29,958 bases of DNA from Steroidobacteraceae bacterium (GCA_036008365.1 DASYNV010000097.1:1-29958), one strand, 5' to 3'; counted from the stretch's first letter, positions 1-9,537 are shown. Numbers and translations are program-made. Notes: generated by a model from the letters alone, not told the origin.

Positions 1-274
1 CAATGTAGGCGAGAAGAATGCACAGGCGCTTGGCCACGGGGTCCATCTCGTTTCTCGCTCGTGGCGCACGTGTCTTTGGTGGCGCAAAGACGATTGCTAA
101 CAGTGCCAGCACCGCCAGCACTAGGTCGAAATGCATGGCCCCTAGCAGGGGCACTCGCTTTGCCAGCCGTCCGAAGTAACTAATGATAAACGCGCAGAAA
201 AGATAGAAAGCAGCATTGCGCGCGCCGTGCTCCCGGAGCGAACGAACTCCATGCTGAATACGTTGTGTTTTCAT
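1..274 (-). CDS. O-antigen ligase/Wzy-like polymerase family membrane protein, N-terminal part only (runs off the window)
   Basis: Not in the ORF track. Manual translation from ATG at 274 is open to position 1: MKTQRIQHGVRSLREHGARNAAFYLFCAFIISYFGRLAKRVPLLGAMHFDLVLAVLALLAIVFAPPKTRAPRARNEMDPVAKRLCILLAYI, with three hydrophobic segments. It follows the GT4 in the same orientation. The family call is inferred from hydrophobicity pattern and context. Confidence 0.6.
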   Translation of the reverse strand, partial: MKTQRIQHGVRSLREHGARNAAFYLFCAFIISYFGRLAKRVPLLGAMHFDLVLAVLALLAIVFAPPKTRAPRARNEMDPVAKRLCILLAYI

Positions 275-351
275 CGGGTGATTATGGCACGGTGCTTTTT
301 CCTTGCAGCGCCGACCCCCTTATGCGGGCCGACAATCCGCGTCGGCGCTCG

Positions 352-1488
352 TCAAGCAATCGCTCCGTAGACGCTAAAATAATCGTCGGCCATTCGGGCG
401 CTCGTATAGCGCTCCGATACCGCGGTAGCCGCAGCCGCTACGCTAGCGTCGTTCGAGTGCAGGCCTTCTTCCATCATGGTTTGCATGGCATGCGTGAGCG
501 CCGCCAGATTATTCGGAGGAACGAGCCGACCGCGGGCGCCGTAGTCGAGTAACTCAGGAATGGCCCCGACCGAAGTTGCCAGGATAGGCGCGCGCCACTG
601 CATCGCCTCGAGCAGCACGAGCGGCATGCCCTCGGTGACGGAACTCATGACAAAACCCGCAGCGCGCTCGAGAAGTCTGTCCGCCCCGTCCACGTAACCA
701 CCCAAACGAGCTACGTTGGTCAAGCCCAGGGCCGCGATGCGGTCGCATAACACGTTGCGGTCAGATCCTTCGCCGACGATCAGCAGCTGGTACTGAGCCT
801 TGATCTGCGTTCGCGCGCGTGCAAAGGCGTCCAGTAACAGCGTGAACCCCTTTTCCGGGGATAACCGCCCGATCGCGATCAAAGTTGGGCTCCGCGTTGT
901 GAAGTCTACGAGCGTTGTCGGCAGAGGTGGGGCGCCCCGCATCGTCAGGTCATTAATCCGCACGCCGAGGGGCGGAATGCCGTTCTCAATGACACGCTGT
1001 CGCGATGCAGCAATCCCCCGCAACGCTCGTAAGGCGAGCATTTGACGTGCCACCACTACTACCGTGTCTATCCGCCGGAGCGCCCACCGATCCAGGCATT
1101 CATAGAGCCACAGGCGGCTGAACGTACGCGTGTTGGTCCAGCCATGGAGGGTGGCCAACATCGCCCCTCTGCGGCGGCGAGGGACTGGACCCAGCAGGAT
1201 GTTAGGTTTATATCCGTGCGAATGCAGCACGTTGGGCTCAACAGTATGAACTGTCCGTAATAGCGCCCGCACCACGCTCGGCGTCGGCCGTGGTGCGATC
1301 CGTATTGGCAGGACGGTCAGTCCTTGCGATGCTGCCCGGGCCTCGAACGGCGTCTGCGCCGTGCCCGGATCGCGTATGCTGCCGATGAGAGGGACGTGGC
1401 CGCGCCGCTGCTGCTCACGCGCCAGATACAATAGAATGGATTCGGCTCCGTAGATGCCCTCGCTGTGAATAAGATGAAGAATCCGCAT
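352..1488 (-). CDS. GT4 (GT-B fold) glycosyltransferase
   Basis: N-terminal MRILHLIHSEGIYGAE; C-terminal IGRLSPEKGF and SSVTEGMPLVLLEAM (E-x7-E) motifs. ATG at 1488 is preferred over the ORF-track start at 1497. Confidence 0.92.
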   Translation of the reverse strand: MRILHLIHSEGIYGAESILLYLAREQQRRGHVPLIGSIRDPGTAQTPFEARAASQGLTVLPIRIAPRPTPSVVRALLRTVHTVEPNVLHSHGYKPNILLGPVPRRRRGAMLATLHGWTNTRTFSRLWLYECLDRWALRRIDTVVVVARQMLALRALRGIAASRQRVIENGIPPLGVRINDLTMRGAPPLPTTLVDFTTRSPTLIAIGRLSPEKGFTLLLDAFARARTQIKAQYQLLIVGEGSDRNVLCDRIAALGLTNVARLGGYVDGADRLLERAAGFVMSSVTEGMPLVLLEAMQWRAPILATSVGAIPELLDYGARGRLVPPNNLAALTHAMQTMMEEGLHSNDASVAAAATAVSERYTSARMADDYFSVYGAIA

Positions 1489-1517
1489 TGGGCTCAAAAC
1501 TTGAGGGCTTGCGGCTC

Positions 1518-2111
1518 ATGAGCTGGAAGCGATGCAAGGCTCTCATAGCGTCGGATCTCTGGCGGCACACCGGCAAGCTCGGCGCCGGAATCTTCTGGAG
1601 CCGGTTCTTGGTCGTGCCGGGGTTCCGCTACGCGGTATTGCTGCGCTTCTACGCCTATGCTCGCTCCGCGGTATGGTGCCAGTTCGGCGTGCGCCAATTG
1701 ACGGTTCTGCTGCTGCACCGCAGCGCGATTCGCTTTGGCATCGTGATCTCCCGCGATGTGCGCATTGGCAGCGGATTCTATATCGGTCACTTCGGCGGCA
1801 TCTTCGTGCCCGGGGACGCGGTCATCGGTGACAACTGCAATCTCTCGCACGACGTGACGCTCGCGCAGGTGACCCGCGGTGAAAAGGCCGGCTCCCCCGT
1901 CATTGGCAACAATGTGTACATCGCACCGGGGGCAAAAATCATCGGGCGCGTAAAGATCGGAGACTACGCAGCGGTCGGCGCAAATTCGGTCGTAGTGAAC
2001 GACGTCGCCCCGCACACCGGCGTGGGTGGCATTCCTGCGCGACCCGTGTCCGACCAAGGCTCCGAAGGATACGTGAATCGAACCGATTACCCGCCCGTAC
2101 CACCAGAGTAG
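1518..2111 (+). CDS. Serine acetyltransferase-like hexapeptide-repeat (LbH) O-acetyltransferase, probably polysaccharide-modifying
   Basis: Hexapeptide repeats IGSGFYIGHFGGIFVPGDAVIGDNCNLSHDVTL and PVIGNNVYIAPGAKIIGRVKIGDYAAVGANSVV. ATG at 1518 (MSWKRCK) gives 197 aa. Confidence 0.88.
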   Translation: MSWKRCKALIASDLWRHTGKLGAGIFWSRFLVVPGFRYAVLLRFYAYARSAVWCQFGVRQLTVLLLHRSAIRFGIVISRDVRIGSGFYIGHFGGIFVPGDAVIGDNCNLSHDVTLAQVTRGEKAGSPVIGNNVYIAPGAKIIGRVKIGDYAAVGANSVVVNDVAPHTGVGGIPARPVSDQGSEGYVNRTDYPPVPPE

Positions 2112-2131
2112 CCTAGCCCCGGCCATTGTCG

Positions 2132-3022
2132 TCACCAGCGGGGTGCGCGCGTGGTGATGAAGGACCGCAATATCGCGCGCCACGCGGGCCAATAACCCGG
2201 CCTGAAGGACAATGCCAGCAAGTAGTCCCGGAATGCATGCAGGCGATCGTGCGCTCGCCACAGTGTTACGTTTCCCCGTCCGGTGTAGGTATGCGCCCAA
2301 GCAGTGCGCACCACGGCACGATCGACCGCGTCCGGGTTTTCATCCAGGAACCGTCGCATGGTGCGAATACCGGTCTCGAATCGCGCACGATAATCCGTCG
2401 ACATCTGGCCGCCCCAGATCCGATAGTGCATGGTGGCCCGCTCGACGAAGTCGAATTGATAGTGAGCCGACAGGCGAAGCCACATGTCGTAGTCCTCACC
2501 CGTACGGAGCGTAACGTCGAACCCGCCGTGACCCTCGAAACATTCGCGCCGCACGATCGCCGATGACGCAGGTATAAAGTTTTCGATCAGCAGAGCTCCG
2601 CTCACCCGGCCGCGATGCATACGCGTTGGCTCGGTCGGCAAGGGCTGCCCTTGGCCGTCGATACGCTCGTAGCCGGAATACACGACCCCCACCTCCGGCT
2701 GGTCCCGAAACAGCGCGATTTGGAGCGCCAGCTTCTCCGCTACCCAGGTGTCGTCCGCGTCGAGGAGCGCGATGAAGGGGCCGCGCGTCAAGGCGATGCC
2801 CTGGTTGCGCGCGTGTGAGAGTCCGCCGTTTGCCTGCCGGTGCACCCGTACGCGCGGATTCCCCTCCCACTGCCGCACGACTTCCGGGGTGTCGTCGGTC
2901 GAGCCGTCGTCGATGATCTGCACTTCGACGTTCGGATAGGTCTGATCCAGCGCCGACTGCACCGACTGCGGCAGGAAGCGCGCCATGTTGTAGCTGGGGA
3001 CGACGACCGAGACGAGTTCCAT
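2132..3022 (-). CDS. GT2 (GT-A fold) glycosyltransferase
   Basis: VSVVVPSYN, IIDDGSTD, FIALLDADD (DxD) and GEDYDMWLRL motifs. Confidence 0.95.
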   Translation of the reverse strand: MELVSVVVPSYNMARFLPQSVQSALDQTYPNVEVQIIDDGSTDDTPEVVRQWEGNPRVRVHRQANGGLSHARNQGIALTRGPFIALLDADDTWVAEKLALQIALFRDQPEVGVVYSGYERIDGQGQPLPTEPTRMHRGRVSGALLIENFIPASSAIVRRECFEGHGGFDVTLRTGEDYDMWLRLSAHYQFDFVERATMHYRIWGGQMSTDYRARFETGIRTMRRFLDENPDAVDRAVVRTAWAHTYTGRGNVTLWRAHDRLHAFRDYLLALSFRPGYWPAWRAILRSFITTRAPRW

Positions 3023-3037
3023 TCGTGAGACCTTCGG

Positions 3038-4381
3038 TCAGATTCTGCAGATCGAGAATCGATACTTGCCCGAGCGCTCCTGCGCGATGCGCTCCACATA
3101 GTTGGGCCGGATCTCGATTCCCGGCCCGAACACGTTATGGAACTCCGCGAGCAGCGCCTGCTCCGTGGCGGGCGTGAAGTCCGGCGCACGCACCACGTTG
3201 AGGACAATCTCGTCGATCGACGGCTGCACGACCTGCAGCTGCTCGAGGCCGGGGATAGCGGTCAGCGTACGCTCAACCAGCGACACGCCGGCCACCATGG
3301 AGCCGTCGCGGCGCTTGAGATAATCGGCGACGCGACCCGTCACCCGCTCCATCAGCGGCAGGCCGCGCCCGCAGGAACAGAGTCGATCGGTCGGCACGCC
3401 GACATCTCCTATCTGGTAACGGATGAACGGCATCCCGCGGTTGACGAGGTCGGTGATGACGATGGCGCCCTCCTCTCCCGGGGCCGCGGCCGCGCCGTCC
3501 TCACGCAGGAATTCGATGTACAGGTGCTCGATGTTGAGGTGCATGCCCTCGTGCCGCTCGCACTCGGCCCCGATCAGCGCGACCTCCTCGGAGCCATAGC
3601 GATCGAAGACCTTGGCTAGGAACGCCTGTTCGATCACCGCACGCTCGTTCGCGAGCAGCATCATGGAAGTGGAGACGATGCCCCGTGGTCGCAGGTCCTG
3701 CATGCCGTGGGCGAGCACGTAGCGGGCGAGCATGAAAAGAGAGTGCGCGTGGCCGAACAGTATTTCCGGGTGACCGCGCCGCCAGCGAGCGATGAACTCA
3801 GACACCGAGCGGTCGTTGAAATCGATGGTGTCGAGAAAGATGAAGCGATCGATGAGCAGCGCGCGGATGTGCCCCTTTAGTGTCTTCGGTATCGGCGGAT
3901 TGCCCCAGAGCGAGGCGACCTTCATCCCGTGAAAGTATCCAGCCCACTCGTTCGAGCGCATCGCATCGGCCGTACGCGGATCGATCCACTCCGGGTCGAA
4001 GTAGGTGGTCAGCGCCACCCCGGTCGAGCCGCCGGTGCGGTGCTCGCCGAGCTCGCTGCGCCGATACTCGCGCGACAGCATCTCGTCGGTGGAGCTGCGG
4101 ATGATCGCCTTGGTGAGGAGCGGCAGCGCCTGGAACTCAGCGGGTCGGAAATCCGCCGGGTCGAAGCGCTCCGCGCGAAACAACCGCTCGTAGTAGGGGC
4201 AGTGTGCCACCGCGTAGCGCAGGATCGTTCCCAGGCGCTCGGACTGCCGCGCGCTCAGTATCTCGAGGGGCAGCCACTGCGTACGCTGCAGCTCCCTGAG
4301 GATGCGCAGCCGGCTGCGCCCGTCCTTGAGGTCCCACAGCGGATGGAACACCCGCCGGGACAGCGCGCTCATCAACGGCAT
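3038..4381 (-). CDS. CapK/PaaK (phenylacetate-CoA ligase)-family adenylate-forming enzyme
   Basis: ANL motifs RTGGSTG (P-loop), DRYGSEE, IRYQIGD and GRVAD; 447 aa; sits between glycosyltransferase genes. Confidence 0.85.
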   Translation of the reverse strand: MPLMSALSRRVFHPLWDLKDGRSRLRILRELQRTQWLPLEILSARQSERLGTILRYAVAHCPYYERLFRAERFDPADFRPAEFQALPLLTKAIIRSSTDEMLSREYRRSELGEHRTGGSTGVALTTYFDPEWIDPRTADAMRSNEWAGYFHGMKVASLWGNPPIPKTLKGHIRALLIDRFIFLDTIDFNDRSVSEFIARWRRGHPEILFGHAHSLFMLARYVLAHGMQDLRPRGIVSTSMMLLANERAVIEQAFLAKVFDRYGSEEVALIGAECERHEGMHLNIEHLYIEFLREDGAAAAPGEEGAIVITDLVNRGMPFIRYQIGDVGVPTDRLCSCGRGLPLMERVTGRVADYLKRRDGSMVAGVSLVERTLTAIPGLEQLQVVQPSIDEIVLNVVRAPDFTPATEQALLAEFHNVFGPGIEIRPNYVERIAQERSGKYRFSICRI

Positions 4382-4386
4382 AGGGT

Positions 4387-5544
4387 CTATCCCGCGCGTG
4401 GCTGCCAGAGTACCTGCTTCTCACCGCGTGCAAAGCGCACGCAAGCCACCGCTGAGGCCCAGTTCAGCAGCAGGAAGTAGTAGCAATAGCGTATCAGGGG
4501 GATGGTACGCAGCCGCGCCGGACCCAGGTTAGCGGCGAGGGCCAGGACCAGAGCCGCGCCTTGCGCCAGCGCGAGCGCCTCGTACAGCCATCCCTGGGGT
4601 ATCAGCAGCCAGTTGATCACGGTCGCCGCCGCCAGCGGCGCGAAACTTAAGTACCGCAGCAGCTTGTGGGAGGCGAGCTGCCAGCTGAAGAGCGGAAAGC
4701 GCACCGGGTTCAAGAGCGCTCGCTTGTCCCATAGTGCCCACAACGCGCGTAGCGCCACCCGCACGCGCATGCGGTACTCGGCCGCTTCGCTTGCGAGCGT
4801 TTCCTCATGGACCACCGCCTCGGGCACATACACTGCCCGATAGCCCTGCTCAACGACCGACAGCGGCAGCACGAAGTCCGGCAGCTGGTCGAAGCGCATC
4901 GGGCGATAGAGCAAGCGCCTCACCGCGTCCACGCCCCCATCCGCCCCCACCACGGAGCCCACGGCGGACTCCCAGGCGCGCAGCTTGTTCTCGTAGCGCA
5001 TGTAGGCGGTGCAGCCGTCGCCGACCAGCGAGCCGTGAGGATCGACGTATAGCATGCGTCCGGAGGCATAGCCGACCTCCGGGTCGGCGAACGCGGCGAC
5101 CAGCCGTCGCACGGTATCCGGGCGGTACATGGAATTGGCGTCGGCGAATACCACGATCTCGCCCGTGGCGCGTTCCACGAGCCCGTTGAGCGCGGCTGTC
5201 TTGCCGCTGCGCGGCTCCTGGCGCAGGCATTTCAGCCGCGGCTCGTGCTCTGCGAGTCTTTTGAGCACCTCGTCGGTGTCGTCGGTCGAGCCATCAGAGA
5301 CCACCAGCACATCGAGCAGTGCCGCCGGGTAGTCCTGGTCGAGCTTGTTACGCAGGGTAGCCGCGATGTGCGAAGCCTCGTTGTAGGCCGAGATGACGAC
5401 AGTCACGCTGGGAGTGCAAGCCCCGCGGCGAGGAGGCCGCGGAGCGAGCCTCTTCAGCAACGCGATGCACAGCGGATACCCCGCATAGGGGTAGAGCCCC
5501 ACGAAGAGCAGGATCCAGAAAAGGGCCTCAAGTGAAGGGTGCAT
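4387..5544 (-). CDS. Membrane-anchored GT2 glycosyltransferase (CESA-like family)
   Basis: N-terminal TM; VVISAYNE, VVSDGSTD, GKTAALN, VFADAN, LPDFVLP and RMRVRVALR motifs; C-terminal TMs. ATG at 5544 (MHPSLEALFW) is preferred; the first 39 codons of the ORF-track call look non-coding. Confidence 0.92.
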   Translation of the reverse strand: MHPSLEALFWILLFVGLYPYAGYPLCIALLKRLAPRPPRRGACTPSVTVVISAYNEASHIAATLRNKLDQDYPAALLDVLVVSDGSTDDTDEVLKRLAEHEPRLKCLRQEPRSGKTAALNGLVERATGEIVVFADANSMYRPDTVRRLVAAFADPEVGYASGRMLYVDPHGSLVGDGCTAYMRYENKLRAWESAVGSVVGADGGVDAVRRLLYRPMRFDQLPDFVLPLSVVEQGYRAVYVPEAVVHEETLASEAAEYRMRVRVALRALWALWDKRALLNPVRFPLFSWQLASHKLLRYLSFAPLAAATVINWLLIPQGWLYEALALAQGAALVLALAANLGPARLRTIPLIRYCYYFLLLNWASAVACVRFARGEKQVLWQPRAG

Positions 5545-5569
5545 GAAACGCTCTGACCCGCGCTTGTCA

Positions 5570-7084
5570 CTAGGGGTAAGGCTGCGGGTTGAACGGCGCG
5601 TTCGGCTGCAGCGGATTCCCCGGGGTGAGAGCCGGCGCAGCCGCGGAGGCTGTCCCGGCACCCTGGATACCGTAAGCGGCTATAACGCCCACCTGGTTGT
5701 TTCTGTAGCCGTTAGGCTCATACGAGTAATGGGCATAGAGGAAACGCAGTGACAAGCGCTGTCCCAGTCGCCAGCGAAGGCTCGTGATGGCATTGACCGT
5801 GTTGATGCGGCCGCCCGAGGCGTAGTCGTCGTGCTCATAGCTCGCACCGATGTCCCAGTTGAGAACCGCGCTCAGCTGCCGCGTAAACACCGCACCGATG
5901 ACTCTCTGGTCCACATCCAGGCTCGGCGTGGCCGAATACCGCTGGGTGATGTAGTTCCCATCGATCTCGAAGGTCGTGCGCGTCTCCTGCAGGCGCCAGG
6001 CCGCGCCGAACGTGCGGTAGGTGAAAGGCTCCCCACTGTTCAGGCGGTAGGCCACCGTGGTGGGCACAGCCTGGTTGACACTGAGGTTGAACAGGTTCGC
6101 CGCATCGGTCACCTGCTGCGTCGCCGTCAGGGATACGCGCTGTGTGGGGCGGATGAGACGCGAAAGATTGAGGTTCCAGGTGACGCCGCTCGGCGACTGG
6201 TTCTGCGGACGCTGGACGAGCCCGACGATGCTCTGCACGTCGATCAGCGTCGTGAGGTAAAGTTTGGTGTAGCCCCCACCGACGTCGAGGCTCGTGCGGG
6301 CATCGACCAGCCGGAAGCCGCCGAAGATGGACTCCTCCCTGAAGTCCGTGTTGACCGTGGTGTCGGAAAACTCGACCTTCTCCTCGACTCCGGTGATGTA
6401 CACACTCGCAATGCTGGAGAACGCACGGCTGATGGTGATGTCGCCACCGTAGGCGTGGTTATTGATGTTCACGTACTGGGGGGACTTCGAGGTGCTGTCG
6501 ACGATCGAGTAGATACCGTCGACGACCACGGTGGTGCGCAGCGTGGGGCGCAGCGTGAAGCGCGGTCCGGTCCTGAAGTAGTTGATCGCCTCCAGGTTAT
6601 TCGGTGTGAGCGGCGCATAGGGGGTCAGCTGTGCCTCGTTGTAACTATCGGTGGCCGTCCACGAAAAGAACCCGGGCACGATCTTGAACTCGCCGGTGCC
6701 ATACGCAAACCCGAACGGTTGGGTCGGGAACTCGGAGTGCAGGTACTTGACCAGCGAGAGGTCGGACACCAGGCTGTAATCGAGCCGTGGCCCATTACGG
6801 GCGGTGTCTCCCACCAGGCCGATCATGGCCAGCGTGTCACCGGGTCCGTTGGGTGTAAGGTCGACGTTGTCGTTATATATCAAGCCGGCATCGACCTCGA
6901 GGTAATTGCCGCGATGCGCGTTGGAGGCCTGGTCGAAGAACAGGCCCTGGGTGCTGATCGGACTGATCTGGGCGAAGGCGGGCGATACCACGAAGGCCAG
7001 CCACATCCCCCGGATCCCGGGGGTGCGGAAGAGCCTCCCCTTTCCTGATCCCTTCATTTCGCCGGCCCCTTCAGCGCGGGTCAT
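5570..7084 (-). CDS. Outer-membrane beta-barrel protein of the XrtA/PEP-CTERM EPS export cluster
   Basis: Signal-like segment ending SPAFAQ; alternating aromatic/hydrophobic beta-strands (YLEVDAGLIYNDN, LNWDIGASYEH, LSLRFLYAHY); directly after the tyrosine kinase. ATG at 7084 overlaps the kinase stop (ATGA); alternative ATG at 7057. Confidence 0.75.
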   Translation of the reverse strand: MTRAEGAGEMKGSGKGRLFRTPGIRGMWLAFVVSPAFAQISPISTQGLFFDQASNAHRGNYLEVDAGLIYNDNVDLTPNGPGDTLAMIGLVGDTARNGPRLDYSLVSDLSLVKYLHSEFPTQPFGFAYGTGEFKIVPGFFSWTATDSYNEAQLTPYAPLTPNNLEAINYFRTGPRFTLRPTLRTTVVVDGIYSIVDSTSKSPQYVNINNHAYGGDITISRAFSSIASVYITGVEEKVEFSDTTVNTDFREESIFGGFRLVDARTSLDVGGGYTKLYLTTLIDVQSIVGLVQRPQNQSPSGVTWNLNLSRLIRPTQRVSLTATQQVTDAANLFNLSVNQAVPTTVAYRLNSGEPFTYRTFGAAWRLQETRTTFEIDGNYITQRYSATPSLDVDQRVIGAVFTRQLSAVLNWDIGASYEHDDYASGGRINTVNAITSLRWRLGQRLSLRFLYAHYSYEPNGYRNNQVGVIAAYGIQGAGTASAAAPALTPGNPLQPNAPFNPQPYP

Positions 7085-7965
7085 GCGCCACTGGCTTTCT
7101 CGCGCGCCCCCGCATAACTGCCGTACTGGTAGTAGTAGCCGTGCGGCTGCCGCACGCACTGGTTGAGCACCAGCGACACGGGCTTGTCTTCTGCCAGTGT
7201 CTCGATCGCTTCGAAGACCACCTGCTGAGGTGTCTGCTCGGCGCGCACGACGATGAGGATCTGCCCGGAGACCTGGGCGAGCGCCTGGGACTCCGTGGTC
7301 AGCAGGAGGGGTGCCGAATCGAACACCACGAGCCGGGTGGGGTCCTGTGCGGCGAGCTGCGCCACGACCTGCTGCATGCGCGAGCTGGCGAGGAGCTCGG
7401 TCGACTTGTCGTCGGGGCGGCCGGCCGGAAGAAAGGACAGCCCCGGCACGTCAGTCGGCATGAGCAGCGATGGCAGGCTTACGGACGAATCCTTGATGAC
7501 ATCGAGCAGTCCGGGCTCGCTCTGGGCGCCGAGCACCTGGCTCAGGCGCGGGTTCACGACGTCGCCGTCGACCAGCAGCACCGTGAGGTCCTCCTCGAGA
7601 CGCATGCTGAGCGCGAGATTGAGCGACATGAAGGTCTTGCCCTCACCAGGCACCGCGCTCGCCACCATGATGAGGTTACCCTGCGGCAGTGCCTCGACCC
7701 CGCGGCCCAGAGCCCGATTGATCAGCGGACGCTTGATCTGTCGATACTGCTGCGCGAGCTCGCGCTCCTGGTGCGGCGGGGGCAGCAGGCCCGCCGCGCG
7801 CAGCGCATCCTGGTTGATCGGAATGGTCCGGGCCGGCGCGATGACCTCCGGCTCGGTTTCACGCCGGCGTGGTGCGGCGGCGGCGTCGAAGCCTCCCTCG
7901 TGCGCGGGCGCGGCGCTGCCGCGGGCAGCCTGCAATCGCTTGATGGCGTTCTCGATGACGCTCAT
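7081..7965 (-). CDS. BY-kinase (Wzc C-terminal/CpsD/CapB-like) protein tyrosine autokinase
   Basis: Walker A SAVPGEGKT, Walker A' VLLVDGD, Walker B VVFDSAP, C-terminal tyrosine cluster GYYYQYGSY. ATG at 7965 overlaps the upstream stop (ATGA). Confidence 0.93.
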   Translation of the reverse strand: MSVIENAIKRLQAARGSAAPAHEGGFDAAAAPRRRETEPEVIAPARTIPINQDALRAAGLLPPPHQERELAQQYRQIKRPLINRALGRGVEALPQGNLIMVASAVPGEGKTFMSLNLALSMRLEEDLTVLLVDGDVVNPRLSQVLGAQSEPGLLDVIKDSSVSLPSLLMPTDVPGLSFLPAGRPDDKSTELLASSRMQQVVAQLAAQDPTRLVVFDSAPLLLTTESQALAQVSGQILIVVRAEQTPQQVVFEAIETLAEDKPVSLVLNQCVRQPHGYYYQYGSYAGAREKASGA

Positions 7966-9533
7966 GCGATCACCCGGTGCAGCAGGTGTGCGACCACGCT
8001 CTCGGTAAGCAGCATCAGGCCGGCCAGCAGGACCAGAACACCGGTCGCCATGGAGTACGCCCACAACGCGCGGCGCTCGCGGGCCTGATGCCGCTCCAGC
8101 CACGTCATGCTGACCATCCCCAGCACCGGCAGCTGTGTCATGTCACCGAGCTGACGCGGGGAAGTGAAGACGGGCCGCAGCTGGTGCAGGAGATAGGCGA
8201 CTCCGGCCCCCGCCACCAGACCTGCCAGCAGTACCACGAAAATCAGCCGCGGCCGGTCGGGGGAGACGGGCGCCTGGTTCCCGGTCGGCGGTTCGACCAC
8301 CTGGAAGCGCACCACCCCGTTCGCATCGGCCTTGTCGGAAAGCTTGGCACGGTTCAACCGGTCGGCCAGCATCTGGTACTGGCCACGCGTGATGTCGTAG
8401 TCGCGGGTGAGCTGCGCGAACTGCGCCTCGACACCCGGTGCCGTGTTGATCATTTTGCGCAGGTCGGCGATCTTCGCCTCCTGGGCGGCCACCTGGCGCT
8501 GACCTGCGGCCACGTCGACGTCGACCTGGCTGAGCTGCATGCGAATCCCCTGGTAAACCGGGTTCGACGCCAGACCGCTGGAGGCGATCGCGGCCGGGTC
8601 GCCCCGGCGCACGGCGGCGATCTCGGCCTGCTGACGCTTCCTGAGATCCTCGAGCTCGCGGCGGGCATTGATGACGTCGGGATAGTTGTCGGTGAAGCGC
8701 AGCAGCAGCTCATCGAGCCGCGCCTGCGTCGCCCGGATCGCGCTGGCGGTGTCCCCGCCGGCCGACCCGGGGCCACCGAGCATCGGCTGCTCGCCGGAAA
8801 GCTGTCGCTGCAGCTCGTTGTGCTTCTGCTCGGCGAGCGTCAGTGCAAGGCGCTCCTTCTCCAGCTCGTCATTCTCGGCACGCAGGCGCGTGAAGTAATC
8901 GCCGGTCGCCCCTGGCACCAGGCCGGCATTCATGCGCTTGAAGTCGGCCAGGCGTCCCTCGGCGGTTTGCAGCCGTTTCTCGTAATCGGCGATCTGCTGC
9001 ACCAGGAACTGCTGCGCCTGTTCGGCGCCTTCCTGACTGCCACCGAGGGAATTCGCCAGAAACAACCGCAGCAGCTGATCCACCACCCGGTGGGCGGTGG
9101 CCCGGTCCGGGTCCGTGAAGCTGATGGTGTAGAGGTCCGCGGGCGCAGTTCTCTGCTCGCCGCCATTGCTCTCGACCTGCAAACGGGCGCGCAGGCCCTC
9201 GATGATGGCGTTCTGCTGCGCCGGCGTTGCGGTCGCATACCCCGGCAGCGCGAGGCGCGCCACCTTGTCGAGCTGGGGGCCGCCGAGAATTGCCTGGCGC
9301 ACCGCCGCCGCCTGTGCGGCGATATTCGACTCCATCGCAATCCCGGAGGTCGCCTGGCTCAGGCGTGTGCGCGTATCGATGTACACCCGCGCCCAGGCGC
9401 TGTAGGTATCGGGCAGGCCGAGCACTACGATCCAGCCGCCGATGCACACCACCCAGGCCACCAGCATCGCCACCCAGCGAAAGCGCCAGATGCCGCGGAT
9501 CTGCTCGAGAATGAATTCGACTGCAGCGTGCAT
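7962..9533 (-). CDS. Polysaccharide co-polymerase / chain-length determinant (Wzz/GumC/EpsF-like, XrtA-system type)
   Basis: N-terminal TM (IWRFRWVAMLVAWVVC), long periplasmic coiled coil, VVEPP..P.SP motif followed by two C-terminal TMs. Confidence 0.92.
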   Translation of the reverse strand: MHAAVEFILEQIRGIWRFRWVAMLVAWVVCIGGWIVVLGLPDTYSAWARVYIDTRTRLSQATSGIAMESNIAAQAAAVRQAILGGPQLDKVARLALPGYATATPAQQNAIIEGLRARLQVESNGGEQRTAPADLYTISFTDPDRATAHRVVDQLLRLFLANSLGGSQEGAEQAQQFLVQQIADYEKRLQTAEGRLADFKRMNAGLVPGATGDYFTRLRAENDELEKERLALTLAEQKHNELQRQLSGEQPMLGGPGSAGGDTASAIRATQARLDELLLRFTDNYPDVINARRELEDLRKRQQAEIAAVRRGDPAAIASSGLASNPVYQGIRMQLSQVDVDVAAGQRQVAAQEAKIADLRKMINTAPGVEAQFAQLTRDYDITRGQYQMLADRLNRAKLSDKADANGVVRFQVVEPPTGNQAPVSPDRPRLIFVVLLAGLVAGAGVAYLLHQLRPVFTSPRQLGDMTQLPVLGMVSMTWLERHQARERRALWAYSMATGVLVLLAGLMLLTESVVAHLLHRVIA

Positions 9534-9537
9534 GGTT

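Noticed and set aside
1518-2111. Calling this gene cysE
   Set aside because: It is short, lacks the N-terminal helical SATase domain of housekeeping CysE, and sits in a glycan locus; a polysaccharide acetyltransferase is more likely.
1489-2131. Invertible (phase-variable) segment around the acetyltransferase
   Set aside because: No convincing inverted repeats at the two flanks and no recombinase in the window; only a short local hairpin (ctcaa-aac-ttgag).
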